Positions 1 through 10,769 of a DNA stretch of 50,760 nt are shown one piece after another; the stretch's first letter is position 1, and every line of letters begins with the position of its first letter. This DNA is from Octopus bimaculoides. Its lineage: Eukaryota. The notes below the pieces were generated by a model that saw only the letters and a list, made by a program, of their open reading frames with translations, had not been told where the DNA came from and ran no database searches. A program made the position numbers and the translations under genes. Location of the stretch: positions 3,812,398 through 3,863,157 of the forward strand of contig NC_069007.1 of assembly GCF_001194135.2 (NCBI RefSeq), given 5' to 3'.

Positions 1-43
<43 letters not shown>

Positions 44-180
44 GTATCTATATATATATATATGTATATATATGTGTGTGTGTGTGTGCATATATATATA
101 TATCATCATTTAACATCCATATTCCACATTAGCATGGGTTAGACTATACATACATATATATATATATACACATATATATA
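1..180. repeat. (TA)n/(TG)n microsatellite with a short SINE-tail fragment (about 104-143)
   Basis: Direct reading. The fragment tcatcatttaacatccatattccacattagcatgggttagact is the reverse complement of the family-E tail at 47240-47300. Confidence 0.85.
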
Positions 181-181
181 T

Positions 182-316
182 AGGCAAGTGAATTTGTAAT
201 CTGAAATCGAAATCAAACCAAATCCGACGACTGGGACCCATGCCAACCTCTCCTTCATTGGACGCTAAACTCTGCTTGCAAAGAAGACCTGTTGGGGCAA
301 GTGAAATCGAAATTGT
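182..316. repeat. Short dispersed-repeat fragment bounded by ggcaagtgaa...gaaatcgaaat direct repeats
   Basis: ggcaagtgaa plus gaaatcgaaat occur at both ends. Family not identified. Confidence 0.45.
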
Positions 317-510
317 AATTGATTAAATTTGGAGTAATGCTATTGTTTCGGAATTTATTCATTCATGCAGAACTTTGTAAACAAGCCTGTAGGTTTCTCT
401 CTTTTGTTAGGTAGACACAAGGTGTGACAGTAATTTTGTTGCTTTTAGTATCATTGGATTTAATCTTTTGGTTTTGACAGTGCAAAGGTCAAAGGTACAA
501 AATCCAGTAT

Positions 511-650
511 TTAACCCTTTCGTTACTGTGTTTATTTTGTGTTTCTTTCAATTATTTTAAATATAACAAAGAATTTAGTAAAATAACTTCGTTATCATTA
601 AGCCAGTGTTAGGAACATAAATTGTGACTAAGGTTTAGCGGAAGATTTTA
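511..650 (+). mobile_element. piggyBac-like non-autonomous element end (TTAA-CCCTTT)
   Basis: Begins TTAACCCTTTCGTTAC. TTAA followed by CCC is the piggyBac terminal signature. No partner end is visible (gap follows). Confidence 0.5.
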
Positions 651-1239
651 ATTATATATATGTGTGTGTGTGTATATATATGTATGTGTATGTATATATA
701 TATATATATGTGTGTGTGTGTATATATGTATGTATATATATATATGTGTGTATGTGTATATATGTATGTATGTGTATATATGTATATATGTATGTATGTG
801 TATATATGTATATATNNNNNNNNNNNNNNNNNNNNNNNNNNNNNNNNNNNNNNNNNNNNNNNNNNNNNNNNNNNNNNNNNNNNNNNNNNNNNNNNNNNNN
901 NNNNNNNNNNNNNNNNNNNNNNNNNNNNNNNNNNNNNNNNNNNNNNNNNNNNNNNNNNNNNNNNNNNNNNNNNNNNNNNNNNNNNNNNNNNNNNNNNNNN
1001 NNNNNNNNNNNNNNNNNNNNNNNNNNNNNNNNNNNNNNNNNNNNNNNNNNNNNNNNNNNNNNNNNNNNNNNNNNNNNNNNNNNNNNNNNNNNNNNNNNNN
1101 NNNNNNNNNNNNNNNNNNNNNNNNNNNNNNNNNNNNNNNNNNNNNNNNNNNNNNNNNNNNNNNNNNNNNNNNNNNNNNNNNNNNNNNNNNTACGTATTTT
1201 CATACCTTGTGGTATTCATCAAAGCCTTCGTCTGACAGA

Positions 1240-1317
<78 letters not shown>

Positions 1318-2048
1318 ATATACACAAACACACAAATAAATAAAGTTATATGCACATAGCTTTCACATATATTTATATACACATAAGACACATGCATAAC
1401 TACTTAAAGTAAAGATAAAAATAATATCATTTAAAAAAAAATAATTGTACAACCACTGCAAGAAGAAGAAGAATAATGATAAAGGTGAATAAGTCTATGA
1501 AGACAGCAGCGTTAATATGTGCAGGTGATGTGAATGCCAAAGAAAGATGGGAGCAAGAGTAGGTGAAGGCAACGCCTAAACAGATTCTAAGTCAGTATCA
1601 TTCCATTCCTGTATAGTACCAAAGTTCTTGGAGAGATGGAGAAAGATAGAGAAGTGTGTTTGAGAGAGAGAGATTGGGTGGGGGTGGGGTGAAGGCAACA
1701 AGTGAAGGTAGAGAAAAAAAGGAATGGAAAATGTATATATGTGGTTGTATGTTTCTGTAGTTATGTATATATGCGTGTGTGTGTATGTATATATGTGTGT
1801 GTGTCTTCATGCACATGCATACGAACGTTTGTACTTATATGTGGATGCGTGTACAGAAAAGAAAAGAAAAAGTTTATATATTTATTTGTGTATAAGTGTG
1901 TATGTATGTATGTATGTATGCTGTTGTGTGACTAGTTATGTATATATGTGTATGTACATATATGTATGTGTGTCTGCATGTGTACGCATATATACATATA
2001 TGTCTATATATCTATCTATATATATTCTATATATATTTATTTATGTGT

Positions 2049-2142
<94 letters not shown>

Positions 2143-2155
2143 ATGTATATAAATA

Positions 2156-2202
<47 letters not shown>

Positions 2203-2683
2203 GGTGTGTGTGTATGCATGTATGTATATGTATGTGTGTGTGTGTAAGTAAACAGATATAAATAGACAGAGAAAAAGACAGACAAGCAAGAGAGACAGAC
2301 ACACAGACAGAAGTGTGGTAGAGGCTGTAATGGAATGGTGAAGGAGTTCCGAATAATATCTGCACTAACAGACTTTATGAGATTATGTTATATAATAAGA
2401 TATATATATATATATATACATATATATACACAGAGAACGAATGCTAATTTTGAGGAAGTTTTCACTGAAATTCTTTGGAAAACTTCCAAAGACTTTATTC
2501 CTATGTTTTTTTTTTGAGTTATGCTTTAAGTTTTCTTGATGTTATTCTTTGGTTTTCAAATGATGGTGATGATGATGGTTATCATGTTGGCAATGCTGCT
2601 GCTGCTACTGATGATGATGATGATGATGATGGTGATGTTGCTTTCGTCTTATTCCTCTTTATTTGGCTCTTATTGAACAAATA

Positions 2684-2832
2684 TCTTTCATCTTTTATCT
2701 CCGTGGCCATGCTGAGGCACCACCCTTGAAGGGTTTACCCAAACAAATTGGCCACAGCACTTATTCTGTCAGTCTCTTTTGGCGAACCACTAAGTTTCAG
2801 AGATGTAAACAAACCGACACTGGTTGTCAAGT
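2684..2832 (-). mobile_element. SINE family A, 3' half
   Basis: Reverse-complement similarity to 13020-13200 (gtggccatgctg.ggcacc, gaaccactaagtt, gtaaacaaaccgacactggttgtcaag). Confidence 0.8.
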
Positions 2833-2959
2833 GGTGTGTATGTGTGTGTGTGTGTATGTGTGTGTGTATGTGGCGTGTATGTGTGTGTGTGTTTATGTAG
2901 GGAAAACAAACACAAAGACACATACATGTATATATACAAGTGCGTGCACACACACGCAC

Positions 2960-3050
2960 ACACATACACACGGATCCAGGTTCAGTCCCACTGCGTGACA
3001 CCTTTGGCAAGTGTCGTCTAATATAGCCCTGGGCCAACCAAAGCGTGAAA
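2960..3050 (+). mobile_element. SINE family A, 5' fragment
   Basis: B-box-like ggttcagtccc followed by ttggcaagtgtc...tatagccctgggccaaccaaagc. Confidence 0.8.
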
Positions 3051-3147
3051 TAAAATGCTTTGCTTAACGATGCAATGACACACAGCATGGCTCCAAGACT
3101 CAGACTCACAGCCTAACGAGTGGGAATCAAAATAGCATGTAAATATT

Positions 3148-3360
3148 AGTTTTAAATTCTGGCACAAAGCCAGGAACTTTGGGGGAGTGGGGGGGAAGTC
3201 AATTACATGAATCCCAGTGCTCCACTGTTCCTTATATTATCGGTCCCGAAAGGGTGAAAAGCAGTGGACCTTGATGGCATTTGAACTCAGAACGTAAAAA
3301 TGGATGAAGTGCCACTAAGCCTTTTGCCCCACATACTACCGATTCTGCCAGCTGGCTGCC
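3148..3360 (-). mobile_element. SINE family B (tRNA-derived), copy 1 of a tandem trio
   Basis: Aligns by eye to 40982-41194 (cccgaaagggtgaaa, atttgaactcagaacgtaa, gattctgccagct). Flanked by agcatg(t/a)aaatatt on both sides. Confidence 0.85.
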
Positions 3361-3378
3361 TTACAGCATGAAAATATT

Positions 3379-3545
3379 GAGGGAGGGGGTGAGCCAATTA
3401 CATTGACCCCAGTACTCTACTGGTACTTATTTCATCGGCATCCAAAAGGGTAAAAGGCAAAGTAGACCTTGGCAGCATTTGAACCCACAATGTAATGAAC
3501 AGAATACTGCTCAGCATTTTGTCCAGTGTGATAACGAGTCTGTCA
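3379..3545 (-). mobile_element. SINE family B, copy 2
   Basis: gaccccagtac...ctggtacttatttcatc...aaaggcaaagtagaccttggcagcatttgaac. Flanked by ttacagcatg(a/t)aaatatt. Confidence 0.8.
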
Positions 3546-3563
3546 TTACAGCATGTAAATATT

Positions 3564-4056
3564 CTTTTCTACTCTAGACACAATATCCAAGAAACTGGAT
3601 GTATTCCATCAGAGGTGCTTGCGGAAAATATTGAAGATCTCCTATCGTGACCACATCACAAATGCTGCAGTCCTCCAGCGAGCACAGTCAAGTAGGCTGC
3701 AAGACATCGTGGCAGAGAGGAGAATGAGACTAGCCGGGCACATTTTCCCGCATGCCAGACCAACGTCACGCCAAAACAGCATTTAGATGGGAACCACCTG
3801 GCGGAAAGTGAAAGAGAGGAAGACCAAAAACAACACGGCGCAGATCGTTTCAAAGCAGACATAGCAGTAATAAACAGAAAATGGGAAAACATCGAGAGAG
3901 AGGCTACCGATAGAGATCAGTGAAGACTGTTGTCTGCCCAATGCGCCACCAGACACCGGATAGATTAAGGACTCTAGGCACAAGGCCCAAAATTTGGGGG
4001 GAGGACGTCAGTCAATTAGATCGATCCCAGTATGCAACTGGTACTTAATTTATCAA
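3564..4056 (-). mobile_element. SINE family B, copy 3 (tail part only), interrupted by an RTE insertion
   Basis: cttttctactctag...cacaaggcccaaaatttggggg...gtcaattagatcgatcccagtatgcaactggtacttaatttatc matches 40982-41075. Confidence 0.8.
3584..3970 (+). mobile_element. 5'-truncated RTE-clade LINE 3' end with 13-bp target-site duplication
   Basis: Manual translation from 3589 (two frameshifts, two internal stops): KKLDVFHQRCLRKILKISYRDHITNAAVLQRA..RMRLAGHI/RMPDQRHAKTAFRWEPPGGK*KRGRPKTT..DRDQ*R, the RTE ORF C-terminal pattern. TSD ACTCTAG(A/G)CACAA at 3571-3583 and 3971-3983. Confidence 0.9.
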
Positions 4057-4079
4057 TTTAATTTACCTTGAGAAAAACT

Positions 4080-4440
4080 CTCATATGGTTATTGGGTGCA
4101 TAAAAGTACATCATAGCTATCATCAGCAGCAGATATTCATCATTACTTCCACTGCCAGGACTACTACATCATGTGATTTCAGCCTCTTTTGGCCTTGGCA
4201 GTGACAGATACCTCACAAGGTTGTGAGAAAGTATCACAAGACAGATTCTTCAAACTGAGCCAAGTGGCAGGATATTTAGCAGTAGACCAAGAATGATATG
4301 TTCCGGTAATATCCATAGTCTCGATTGGTTAAGCTTGGGAATCCAGCCAGAAAGTCTATGGAGAAGGTGCCTGAGGATTCTACCTATTCTCAGGAATAGC
4401 AGGCTGAGAATATGGATGGATAAGATTTTTCCTTCTTTCC
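4080..4440 (+). mobile_element. Possible heavily decayed post-RT segment of a HERO-like LINE
   Basis: Weak frameshifted motifs (WLLG..SR.S.L.LPL.GL; KW...AVDQ). Same strand as, and upstream of, the RLE fragment at 5150-5450. Confidence 0.25.
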
Positions 4441-4549
4441 CACAATTCATGAAGACCCCCCCACCCCACCAAAATGTAATATGTTCAGGTGTACTGTCGC
4501 TCAACCTCTATGTCATTAAAACAAACAAACAAACAAAAAGGAAACGAGA

Positions 4550-4870
4550 AAGAGAATGGACACTTCTGCCACCATCAACATCATCACACCACCACCACTA
4601 ATACCTTTACTGCTGCTATCACCACCACCACCACCACCACCACCGCCACCATCACCACCACCGCCACCATCACCACCACCAATACCCCTACCACTAACAC
4701 CACCATCACCACCATAAACCAGCGCTACTTCCTCCTCCACCACCACCACCACCCTAAACCAGCGCTACTTTCACCACCACCCCACCTCTACCATAAGTAC
4801 TATTGTCACCACTACCACCACTATACCCTCCACCACCATTACTACTACCACCACCACCACCAGCATTACA
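4550..4870. repeat. (CAC)n/(CAT)n trinucleotide low-complexity tract
   Basis: Direct reading. It produces the poly-T/H/G ORFs. Confidence 0.9.
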
Positions 4871-5149
4871 GGAGCCCAAAGGTTTATGGTGCTATGCTTT
4901 CCGAAAGCCATCTGTTATTTGCTTCCCCATCGCACCACCAAAACAAGAGGTCACTGACTTAACGCGCAAATGTATACAAAAAACGTAATAAACTAATAAA
5001 CAAATAAATATTTACAACACTCAAATACAGACAGACAAACACTCAGCCACGCAAACAGATCTTTGTATACCTCACTCCTTCCCCGCTTGTAATAATATCT
5101 CTTCTTCTACAATATGCACAAGGCTGAAATCTGCTGAAGAAAGCCACTT

Positions 5150-5450
5150 GATAACACCGACTTCAGAACTCAAATGGAAGACTGACTCCTACATCATCAA
5201 CAAAAATAGTATGAGACAAGACATTGTAATCACTTCTGTTTGAATTCACTGTGCTATATGAAAGGAGAATGAAGGAAGCCCTCGTCTACAAGACTGAAAA
5301 ATATAACAGTTTAGCCACCAGACTGAGAGAATCTGGCTTCTAAATTAAAGTCTATGTCATAGAGATGGACGCAAGAGGGTTTTGTGGACAAAGCTGCTCA
5401 TGATCTCATGAGACAGCTCTCAATTTCTGGGAGAAAGGGAACCAAATTTC
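5150..5450 (+). mobile_element. Decayed restriction-like endonuclease (RLE) domain of a HERO/NeSL-type non-LTR retrotransposon
   Basis: Manual translation with frameshifts: MRQDIVI / EFTVLYERRMKEALVYKTEKYNSLATRLRESGF*IKVYVIEMDARGF / DLMRQLSISGRK. This fits the RPD-ELTVP-K.KY-E.G.RG RLE motif series. Confidence 0.75.
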
Positions 5451-5520
5451 TCAACCCTTTAGCATTCAGGTTACTCTGTCAAATATAATTCTTGTTTATT
5501 TGCATAATTTTAAATCAGTG
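5451..5520 (+). mobile_element. piggyBac-like MITE end fragment
   Basis: TCAACCCTTTAGCATTCAG, a degenerate TTAA-CCCTTT terminus that truncates the RLE remnant. Confidence 0.45.
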
Positions 5521-5623
5521 ATTCTCTGGGGTCGGAGGTGGGGTGTGAACAAAAGTGGGGTCAATAATGGGATGGCCAAAAGGAGGTGATGGATTTAAAA
5601 AAACAACAACAAAATAATTGGCC

Positions 5624-5850
5624 GTGAATAGGGTGGGCGCGGAAGCAATTCCATGCTGTTTTGGGCGAGAAACTCACAGTTGAGGAGATTTCGGTGACAG
5701 GGTGCATTGTTGCCGTGAAATCTAATTCCTTGCACTCCACAGATCCGGTTGATTTCATCAAATGTCCCCCCTCAAATGTTTCAAAACATCGTGGTAGAAC
5801 TCTCGATTGATGGCCTGGCCCTGGGGGACAAATCCTCGATGCACAATACC
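5624..5850 (-). pseudogene. mariner (DD34D-type) transposase catalytic-domain fragment
   Basis: Minus-strand translation GIVHRGFVPQGQAINREFYHDVLKHLRG...FHGNNAPCHRNLLNCEFLAQNSMELLPRPPYS. It matches the mariner HHDNAP.H and PHPPYSPDL motifs in degenerate form. Confidence 0.85.
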
Positions 5851-5879
5851 ACATTTCCGGAGCTGACGCTTGTGGCAGG

Positions 5880-6170
5880 TCATCCTATCTCAACTTGAGA
5901 TGGGAGGTCAGCCATATCAAGGCCCCTTCCTAACGTGTTGGGGGAATCGGTCCGTGCTAAGGGTACAAGATAAAGGATGCAGCCCAAATTCGTCTACTAT
6001 AGCTCTGTAGCGACATTTGTGCAGCTCGCACAGCTGGAGACCGAGGTGTTGGGCCACCCCAATACAGGTGTAGTCGTAATGTAGAAGGGTACCAGTAGAT
6101 AAGGAGGGCAGCGAATTGAGTTGCGTGGTGGAATGGAGGCAGGCAGAGCAGTGCTGGTCAAGTGATGTCT
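5880..6170 (-). mobile_element. CRE/SLACS-like non-LTR retrotransposon remnant (zinc-knuckle region before the RLE)
   Basis: Minus-strand translation DQHCSACLHSTTQLNSLPSLSTGTLL..IGVAQHLGLQLCELHKCRYRAIVDEFGLHPLSC..DRFPQH / GLDMADLPSQVE. It resembles the CRE pattern WL.ALP..S.G..L..RLG..LC..H.C.CG..VD..G.H.LSC..GR..RH. Confidence 0.7.
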
Positions 6171-6214
6171 CTAGCCGTGCTCAAGGGTGGACTTGCATTT
6201 GATAACAGAACGAT

Positions 6215-6640
6215 AAACGAAAGAGTCAGAGAGAGAGAGAGATAGAGTAGAGAAGGGAGGAAGAGAGCAAGAACAGTGAAAGAGAGAGAGAGAGAGAAAA
6301 GAGGGAGATTGATTGAGAGAAAGAAACACAGCTCTTCTGCGCCAGTGCAATGTGAGGAAGAGAAACAAAAGAGAATGAAGCTAGAGAAAGAGAGAAAGAG
6401 AAAGAGAGAGAGAGAGAGAGAGGAGAGAGAAAGAGAGGAGAGATGAAGAGGGAAAGAAAAGTAGAAAGTAGAGAAGAGAGAGACAGAGAGAGAAAGCAGA
6501 AAAGAGACGGAAGGGGCAAGGAAAGAACAGAGAACGGAGAGAGAGAGAGAGAGAAAGACAGAGAGAACGTGAAATAAGAACACAGAGAGAGAATAAGAGA
6601 CGAAAAGAAATAAAAAAAAAAAGAGAGAGAGAGAGCGAAA
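6215..6640. repeat. Degenerate (GA)n purine tract
   Basis: Direct reading. Confidence 0.9.
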
Positions 6641-8016
6641 GCATATCTGTTGTAGCAATGGTTTCCATGTTTTTGCCATCAATGTTAAACATTTAAACGC
6701 CATTTTCTTTTCTGGGTGTACCGAGGAATTACTGCATGTCGAAGTGTGTATATGTTATGGGTATTTGTGTGTAGGCGGTTAAGATTTTGTTTACATGATA
6801 TAATAGTGAATTATGAGTTTACAAGTCTAACATAAGACAGAAAAGCGAACAGAACCCGCCTACAGAATTCAAACTACATATCTTGTACGTCGGCCATTTA
6901 CCGGTTGACCGGGTGTAATTTAATGTTGATACACACACACTTCCCTTCTTGCATGTGTACATAATATATATATATATATATATATANNNNNNNNNNNNNN
7001 NNNNNNNNNNNNNNNNNNNNNNNNNNNNNNNNNNNNNNNNNNNNNNNNNNNNNNNNNNNNNNNNNNNNNNNNNNNNNNNNNNNNNNNNNNNNNNNNNNNN
7101 NNNNNNNNNNNNNNNNNNNNNNNNNNNNNNNNNNNNNNNNNNNNNNNNNNNNNNNNNNNNNNNNNNNNNNNNNNNNNNNNNNNNNNNNNNNNNNNNNNNN
7201 NNNNNNNNNNNNNNNNNNNNNNNNNNNNNNNNNNNNNNNNNNNNNNNNNNNNNNNNNNNNNNNNNNNNNNNNNNNNNNNNNNNNNNNNNNNNNNNNNNNN
7301 NNNNNNNNNNNNNNNNNNNNNNNNNNNNNNNNNNNNNNNNNNNNNNNNNNNNNNNNNNNNNNNNNNNNNNNNNNNNNNNNNNNNNNNNNNNNNNNNNNNN
7401 NNNNNNNNNNNNNNNNNNNNNNNNNNNNNNNNNNNNNNNNNNNNNNNNNNNNNNNNNNNNNNNNNNNNNNNNNNNNNNNNNNNNNNNNNNNNNNNNNNNN
7501 NNNNNNNNNNNNNNNNNNNNNNNNNNNNNNNNNNNNNNNNNNNNNNNNNNNNNNNNNNNNNNNNNNNNNNNNNNNNNNNNNNNNNNNNNNNNNNNNNNNN
7601 NNNNNNNNNNNNNNNNNNNNNNNNNNNNNNNNNNNNNNNNNNNNNNNNNNNNNNNNNNNNNNNNNNNNNNNNNNNNNNNNNNNNNNNNNNNNNNNNNNNN
7701 NNNNNNNNNNNNNNNNNNNNNNNNNNNNNNNNNNNNNNNNNNNNNNNNNNNNNNNNNNNNNNNNNNNNNNNNNNNNNNNNNNNNNNNNNNNNNNNNNNNN
7801 NNNNNNNNNNNNNNNNNNNNNNNNNNNNNNNNNNNNNNNNNNNNNNNNNNNNNNNNNNNNNNNNNNNNNNNNNNNNNNNNNNNNNNNNNNNNNNNNNNNN
7901 NNNNNNNNNNNNNNNNNNNNNNNNNNNNATATATATATATATATACATATGCATATATATATACGTACATACATAGTATACAGACATACATACACACACA
8001 CATACATTTATATACT

Positions 8017-8273
8017 TTATTATCAAAGCTGCAAAAATATCACAAATTTTCACAAAAAAAAAAAACTACTACTACTCAAAGTTTCACGTTCCCGTTCGTC
8101 GGGCAGATGTGATTCTGAATCTTCCCGACGAACAGTAACGTGAAACTCTGAGTAGCAGTATTTTGGAGATATTTTGTGATGTTTTTGCAACTTTAATAAT
8201 AGAGTATATTACTCTACCTCCGGTATTCGAGTACTATTTAGCCCACCTTGTTTCACATTTATGAGCTTACTCT

Positions 8274-8280
<7 letters not shown>
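8017..8280. mobile_element. Foldback (about 180-bp inverted repeat, 8017-8199) of a dispersed repeat also present at about 12000-12130
   Basis: Left arm ttattatcaaagctgcaaaaatatcacaaa...tactcaaagtttcacgttcccgttcgtcggg pairs with cccgacgaacagtaacgtgaaactctgagta...tttgtgatgtttttgcaactttaataa. The right arm continues (tactctacctc.gtattcgagtacta) as in the 12000 copy. Confidence 0.75.
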
Positions 8281-8311
<31 letters not shown>

Positions 8312-8839
8312 GTGCACAAAAATTGAGAGAAAGCCGCTATATATATCCATGTCCATATATGTGTGTTTGTATCCTGCTTATATATACAAACACATAAACA
8401 TGAATATACATATATTTATATGTATATATTTGCATGTGTATGTAATGTATGTATGTATTTATGTATATATGTATGAATATATGTATGCACATGAATGTGT
8501 GAATAGGTGGGGAGGGGACGTGCTTGCATTCTGTTAGACGTGTCTGTCTATGAACAAGAAAAAGAATTACACAGAAAGAGAGAGAGAGAGAAAATGGTTT
8601 GTTGTTAGCCAGTGCCAAAACTATTGGCACCAACAGGTGATTACATACATGTGATTACATAAATAGGCGAGAGGAACATTGTAAATAAATAAACATTGTG
8701 TACCATATGTTTTCCTGAAGTTCGAATTTCACTTGGTCTCTCTCCCCCTTTGTGTGTTCTGTGTATCAAAGCGTAAAAATATATACCATCTCATTTTCAT
8801 TGCTCCCCTCTATCAATCAGTCTATCTATCTATCTATCT

Positions 8840-8890
<51 letters not shown>

Positions 8891-8907
8891 CTTATACAAG
8901 AATGTTA

Positions 8908-8945
8908 CTGATAGTGACTTCGAAGTTTCGGCCTGCTAAGCCATC
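8908..8945 (-). ncRNA. Type I hammerhead ribozyme, 5' part lost in assembly gap
   Basis: Minus strand reads [gap]GA-U-GGCU-UAGCA-GGCC-GAAA-CUUCGAAG-UC-ACUAUCAG: stem II, GAAA, palindromic stem III (ACUUCGAAGU) and GUC triplet. The CUGAN bases would be the first five N of the gap. Confidence 0.6.
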
Positions 8946-9559
8946 NNNNNNNNNNNNNNNNNNNNNNNNNNNNNNNNNNNNNNNNNNNNNNNNNNNNNNN
9001 NNNNNNNNNNNNNNNNNNNNNNNNNNNNNNNNNNNNNNNNNNNNNNNNNNNNNNNNNNNNNNNNNNNNNNNNNNNNNNNNNNNNNNNNNNNNNNNNNNNN
9101 NNNNNNNNNNNNNNNNNNNNNNNNNNNNNNNNNNNNNNNNNNNNNNNNNNNNNNNNNNNNNNNNNNNNNNNNNNNNNNNNNNNNNNNNNNNNNNNNNNNN
9201 NNNNNNNNNNNNNNNNNNNNNNNNNNNNNNNNNNNNNNNNNNNNNNNNNNNNNNNNNNNNNNNNNNNNNNNNNNNNNNNNNNNNNNNNNNNNNNNNNNNN
9301 NNNNNNNNNNNNNNNNNNNNNNNNNNNNNNNNNNNNNNNNNNNNNNNNNNNNNNNNNNNNNNNNNNNNNNNNNNNNNNNNNNNNNNNNNNNNNNNNNNNN
9401 NNNNNNNNNNNNNNNNNNNNNNNNNNNNNNNNNNNNNNNNNNNNNNNNNNNNNNNNNNNNNNNNNNNNNNNNNNNNNNNGTTTACATTTACTCCTTTGGC
9501 TGATTAAGCGATGTAAAGCGTATTTAATCTCCATACCTTCGTTTTATTTGCTTTTTTCA

Positions 9560-9860
9560 TTTTAAATTTGCTTTAACCCTAACCCTACGGTTAGGGTTGG
9601 GGTTAATTGTTTCAGAATCGTTTGTTTATGTAGTTGGCACTTAATGTATATCGGCTGAATGGACGTCAGTGATTGGTTGAAATTACAGAAATACGACAAC
9701 TTTAACATGGAATAACTTAGGGATTTCTTTTTTTTTTTAAGAAGACTAAGAGAAAAAGATGTTTTATATGACACATTCTACCAGTGTTCCAAGTTTCAAA
9801 GTGTTTCGTTAATGAAAAATGTGGCCCCCGTTTTAAAAAAGATCCCAATAATTAAGCTCA
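9560..9860. repeat. Dispersed element with inverted telomere-like units and a CCAAT/GACGTCA block
   Basis: aaccctaacc-ctac-ggttagggtt hairpin at 9575-9598; gacgtcagtgattggttg near 9662-9679. Family not established. Confidence 0.4.
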
Positions 9861-10769
9861 TCCACGGATAGTGGCTGACAAAATTGTAAACTGGAGATTG
9901 TTTCTTCTATCATGTAAATATCTGAAACTCAAATTATCCAAAGAATTTTTATAATGACAAATATAAAAGATGGCTTGATGAAGTCATTTTACTATTTCAA
10001 TTAACAACTGTTTCGTCATAGCTTAATATAATTGATCTTGGGACATTATGCAATAATAATAATTCATGCAACAACACAGTAAAGTGCTGATGTGTGGGGT
10101 ATATTGGCTGTAACGATCACCTTGCGGTTCAACCGTTATCTCTATTTCTCGCCATTGACGGTACGAAAGGCAGTGGTTGATGCACAAGAAGCCAGACTTA
10201 AAAGAGGAATATATATATATATATATATATGTATGTATATGTATAATATGATAGATACCGGATAAATATATTGGGAGGGCAAGAAACGCGTAGCTAAGTA
10301 TTACATTTCTAAACAAACCGCCCTGATTAGTTAAAATAACTTTTTATCTTCGAGGAGAAATATATATAAATAAATATATAAAGAAAGATATTTGAAGATC
10401 GTTGATAGACAGTTTGAAAAAAACAAAAAACAATTTTGATAATAAGTTAGACGCAACTAAGTCGTTATTATCGTTTCGTTACTGTATCTGAAAACCTTTC
10501 TTTGTATCAATGATTCGGCGTTGATAAAAAAGAACTTGCTTAAAGATAATGGTGACAATTGATAGATGTCTCGGCAACGATGGAATTAAGCTTCTGTTAC
10601 CGAAGCCCGCGAGGAAAGGGAAATCTTTTAATTGGTCTCCATGTCGTCGCTGTTTCTGGTAGAAATAGTAGTCAAATATCCCTCCATATCACACTGTATT
10701 GTCTTAAAGAAGGCAATTTTTATATACAAATAACGTGTCTCGTTAGAACGCCGAACTACCTTGTGTGTT

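Noticed and set aside
635-2365. Long ORFs rich in YI, CV and HT dipeptides (also about 6800-9500, 12050-12500, 20000-21300, 23500-25000, 47900-48300)
   Set aside because: Translations of (TA)n, (TG)n, (CATA)n and (GATA)n microsatellites, or read-through of N gaps.
10085-10205. Short open frame SADVWGILAVTITLRFNRYLYFSPLTVRKAVVDAQEARLKRG
   Set aside because: No convincing splice pair or recognisable domain; it runs into (TA)n.
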